DNA from: Eledone cirrhosa
Taxonomy: Eukaryota
Length of the DNA stretch: 64,000 nt
NCBI GenBank assembly: GCA_964016885.1
Contig: OZ024741.1
Location: 201,686,001-201,750,000, forward strand
Reading direction: 5' to 3'
Both the position numbers and the translations under genes were made by a program. Below the pieces are notes generated by a model that was given only the letters and a program-made list of their open reading frames with translations, was not told the origin of the DNA and searched no databases. Of this stretch, positions 60,140 to 64,000 are shown in pieces. Numbering within the stretch: position 1 is the stretch's first letter; every line of letters starts with the position of its first letter.

Positions 60140-63100
60140 ATTTCTTTATTAGCCACAAGGGCACAAAAGAAGGGGACAAATACAAATGGGGAGTTTACAT
60201 ACAGGTATATGAAAATAAAACTATTAATACAATAACAAATAGCAATTGAAATCCCCAATAAGGGGGGGGGGGTGTTACACGGGGGTTGTACACACCCCGA
60301 GAAAATGTACAACCCTCATCTCCAGGAGCACCAAGAGTACTCCCTTCCTCTCTTCCTCTTTTTCCTCAACCTACAGGCTTATATTTTTGCCACATTCACC
60401 CACCTTTTATCAAATTTGCTGGGGTACAACACCTCTCTCCATCCTGATTCTTCTTCCAAAATGATATTTGAAAAGACAAATCAGTTGCTCGCCGGAGAGA
60501 AAGGTGTCTGACCTCAGCCCTTTTAACCTCTTTCACCATAGCCATAACACATAGGAAAACCGCCTCTCCCTTGTTTTTGAAGGAGGGTGGCGGTTTGATC
60601 ATGACAATGGACTCGGTGGTCAACTGGATTGGTCCCACCTGCGACAATAGTCGTTCTACATAGCCCCACAGGTCGGTAACGCCCGGGCAGTGTACAAATG
60701 TGTGTGCGACGGTTTCCTCGTCGCGCACGCATCTCGGACAGATCTTTTTCGAAGGGTCCCTACCCGGGCGCCCGTGTCTGTAGAGCTTGTCTCGAACTGG
60801 TAGAGCTCCTCGGTAGCACTGCCGGGCCAGGGACTTTTGGAAGTTGTCCATTGGTCCCGGGTGGAAAGTCCTACCAAACAGACTGGCCAGTTCATCTTCC
60901 TCTACGCCTAGAGTTTCACCGAGCGCGTTGTCGCACTTGCTGCGGACCAACCCTCTATAGAATGTCGAAGTGGAGTCTCCACTGATCGCCGGGTCCATTT
61001 GCCAGAGGACTGTGAGCGCCTGAGCACATTCGATATGCCAGTCGCCCATTTTCCTCGGTCTTTGCTTGACCCAGGTCTGCAGCTCGGTCAGCGAAATGAG
61101 TCGTGGGAAGGCTCGCCTCACGAACGGGGCCCACACCGGTTGTCTGGTGAGAAATACGTGGAGGTGCCGCAGCCTGAGCGTGTGTTTGCGCATCGTGAGC
61201 CACGGAATCCCCAGCCCTCCGTTTGAAGGGTGTTGGCAGCAGATGGATCTTCTCACCAAAGGAGCCTGTTTCTGCCAAAGGAATTGGAAGAGCGCGCGCT
61301 CCATTTTGGTGAGCGTTTTGGCTGGACAAGGCACAATGGTCAAGCTGTAGTAGATGACGGAGTGTTCGCCACCTCCGCTCGACCTTTCAAGGATAGTTTG
61401 CACCTATCCAACTTCTGGGTGAGTGCAAACACCTTGGCCGTCACCTCGTTCCAGTTCTTCTCCACCTGGAGGTCAGGACCAAACCAGACCCCGAGCAGCT
61501 TTACCGGTCCTTCCGTCCAGTGTCCGACGACGTCATCGGAAGGCATCGGTTTGCCTCTCCACGATCCGAGTTGCAAACAGAAGGATTTGTCCCAGTTAGG
61601 CTTCGCTACTGTGAACCTTTCGTATTCCTCCAGTAAGGTGCCGATCTCCCCGATTTGCGAGGTGTTCGACAGCATTAATGTCATGTCGTCGGCCTAGGCC
61701 GACGCCGCTTTTCGCAGTCCCGGTTCCAAAGTGATGCCCTGCAATAGCTTCAACTTCCGCAGTAGTGGCTCGAGAGTCAGTACGTACAGAAGGGAGGAGA
61801 GAGGGCATCCCTGTCGGATGGATCGCGTGATATGGAATGGCTCCGAGAGGTAGCCGTTCACCTTGACCCTTGAGCAGATGTTGCTGTTGTGCATTGCAGC
61901 AATCCAGCCCCTGAACACGGGACTGAAGCCGGGTTTACACCCTACCCTCTCTATGATGTATCGCATGAGGTGGAGGTTGTCGTGTATGGACCTGGTCGGG
62001 ATTGCGCATGTCTGCGCTTCTCCCACCAGGTTTTCGACGACAAGCGCCAGCCTCTTTGCCAACACCTTGGCCAAAATCTGTAACTCTGTGTTGAGCAGAG
62101 TTATGGGCCGGAAGTTGCCTATGTCACCCCCCTTGTTCTCGTCCTTCCTGACTAACGTCATTACACCCTTGGTCACAGAACTGGGAATTCTCCCGTTCTG
62201 CTGCCAGTTGATCCGAAATCCATAGCCCCTCCCGGCGCGCCGCCCTGCCCGAACAGTTGAGCAAAGTGCCGTTGAAAGGCCGCGCACATTTGCTTCGGCT
62301 CACGTATCACGCGTCCGTCTTGGTCTTTCAAAGACCGAATCATGGACTTGTTGCCACTTTTCGCCTCCGTCACTCGGGCCCAGCTAACAGCTTTGGCTCC
62401 CTCATTTCCCAGAGCACGTATTTTGCTTCTGACAACGCAGTCTTCATGCTTTGCGTCGAAGAACTGGTCCAAGGCCGTTCTCGTCGCTAGCACGCTGGCT
62501 ATGTTGCCACTCCTAAGTGCCTCTTCTACTTTATGTACCAGTTCCTTTTCGGTCTTATTTCTATCTAACACTAATTCTTTACTAAAACCTATCGAGTCTA
62601 ATCTAACTGCCCTCTTGAGAGAGTACCACCATCTGTTGTTGACAATGGCCCCCGTCAAGTGCTGCTTAACTAAAGTGCTAATCCGTCTACTGTAGGCTTT
62701 GCATGTCCGTAACGACAAGTTCAGCTTCCAGTAGCCGGGTCCCTGTCTATGGGTTTTGTCAAGGTTGACTAAGCAGGTCACTAATTTGTGATCTGAATAG
62801 GCAACCATGAACATTTGTGGACAGCTTAACATGTCCTTATCCTTCTTTCTAACTAGAACCCTATCTAGGTACGATCTAGATGTTCCGCTGCGATTAGTCC
62901 ACGTCCATAGTGGCACAGTCGGAAAATCTAGTCGATATCTATCGGCCAGGTCAAATCGGCCGATTAACTGTTTGAGGCTGTTACACCCCCCTCCATCTAG
63001 GATTCTATTCCAGTCCCCCACTAACAGCAGGGAGCGGGACGTTCCCAGAAAAGTCTCTAGACATTTGAAGAAGTCTGGCCGCGGTGTCCCGGATGGGGCA

Positions 63101-63550
63101 TATGCAGCCACCAACCTGAAGGCTCCACCTTCACTACCGTCAACGTCTAGGACCACCAGTCGACCCTCCGGGTCCAGATGTACCGTCTGTGTTACAAGGT
63201 CCAGGTGTTTCTGCAGCAAAACGGCAACCCCCACCCCCACCTCCCGGCTGACAGAGATGCGTAGCTCTCAAAGTCATCGAAGATGGAGGCCGGTTGTCGC
63301 TCGCTGTGGATCATGAACTCGCAAATGACTACTACATCCATGCTGTGCGACCTGAGGTAGTTTAAGAGTTTGCCCTGTTTCCAGGGCATCCCCAGGCCGC
63401 GTACATTCACACATCCAACTCTTATATTGGCCATGTTGGTACTGAAAAGTTAACAGAAGAAGAAAAGAAATCACTCATCTCTTCGTCTACTGGGGACCAG
63501 GCTGCACAATTTCCATGGGGGTGGTGGATTGGTGGTCTCTGGAAAGTAGG
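60140..63550 (-). mobile_element. Tx1/L1-clade LINE ORF2 (APE-RT-zinc finger), 5'-truncated and disrupted
   Basis: MANIRVGCVNVRGL, GDWN, SYLDRV, YSDH, GPGYWKLN, FRPITLLNT, IRQGCPLS, YADD mutated to *ADD, CPRC..ETVAHTFVHC; 3' aataaa. Confidence 0.93.
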
Positions 63551-63816
63551 TTCATAGTTACTTTTATTTCTCTCCTCCAACATATTTCGAAAATTGCAGC
63601 AACATTTAGCACACAAGGTATGACTGCTGTGTTATTATCAAAACAAATTTCACCGGCAAATCAGGCGATTTTACGCGTGTTTGAGGCAACTGTGTATTGT
63701 TCCTGGGGTATACTATATTACTATGGCCTGCTAGATGGTGTGCAGATTCATTATTAGATAATAAAAAGACTAGTTCTGCAAGTTGTGTTAGATAGCTTAT
63801 ATTATTACTATTATTA

Positions 63817-64000
63817 CTAGCAGAAGAACCACTCTCCAGGTGGTTTTCTGCTAGCATATGTAGTGTGTATTTTGATATTATATGCAAATATATATGCATA
63901 TAGATATGATATGTAAATTGAAAAGTAAATTAACAATATGCACATAAATTGAATGTTATATGAACGCGAACGGAAGTTGACATTTGAAAGTTTTAACAGA
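63817..64000 (-). mobile_element. non-autonomous Helitron-like 3' end
   Basis: ctagcagaaaaccac..gtggttcttctgCTAG|T hairpin end; homologous to 48742-48846 and 46861-46890. Confidence 0.6.

Overview
Eukaryotic, AT-rich, repeat-dense animal DNA. The repeat repertoire (tRNA-headed CORE-type and Meta-type SINEs, RTE LINEs with (ATG)n tails) points to an octopus or other coleoid cephalopod; that is an inference. The window is the inside of one + strand gene, a GCK-I Ste20 kinase (MAP4K3/MAP4K5, happyhour-like). Nine exons between 1916 and 51105 splice in frame and cover kinase subdomains VIII-XI plus the linker. The start codon, the rest of the kinase domain and the CNH domain lie outside the window. 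I found four further candidate symmetric phase 2-2 mini/micro-exons (15, 30, 39 and 57 nt) in the linker. The introns hold decayed mobile elements: three RTE LINE families (one with a PHD finger after the RT core, two copies with twin-priming inversions), HERO-like and CRE-like RLE elements, Penelope-like fragments with decayed minimal hammerhead ribozymes, a Tx1/L1-clade element, Helitrons (one with its own paralogous empty site), piggyBac relics, MITEs and SINEs. No element is intact. There is no CRISPR array and no prokaryotic system. TE boundaries are approximate and family names come from motif recognition, not database searches.
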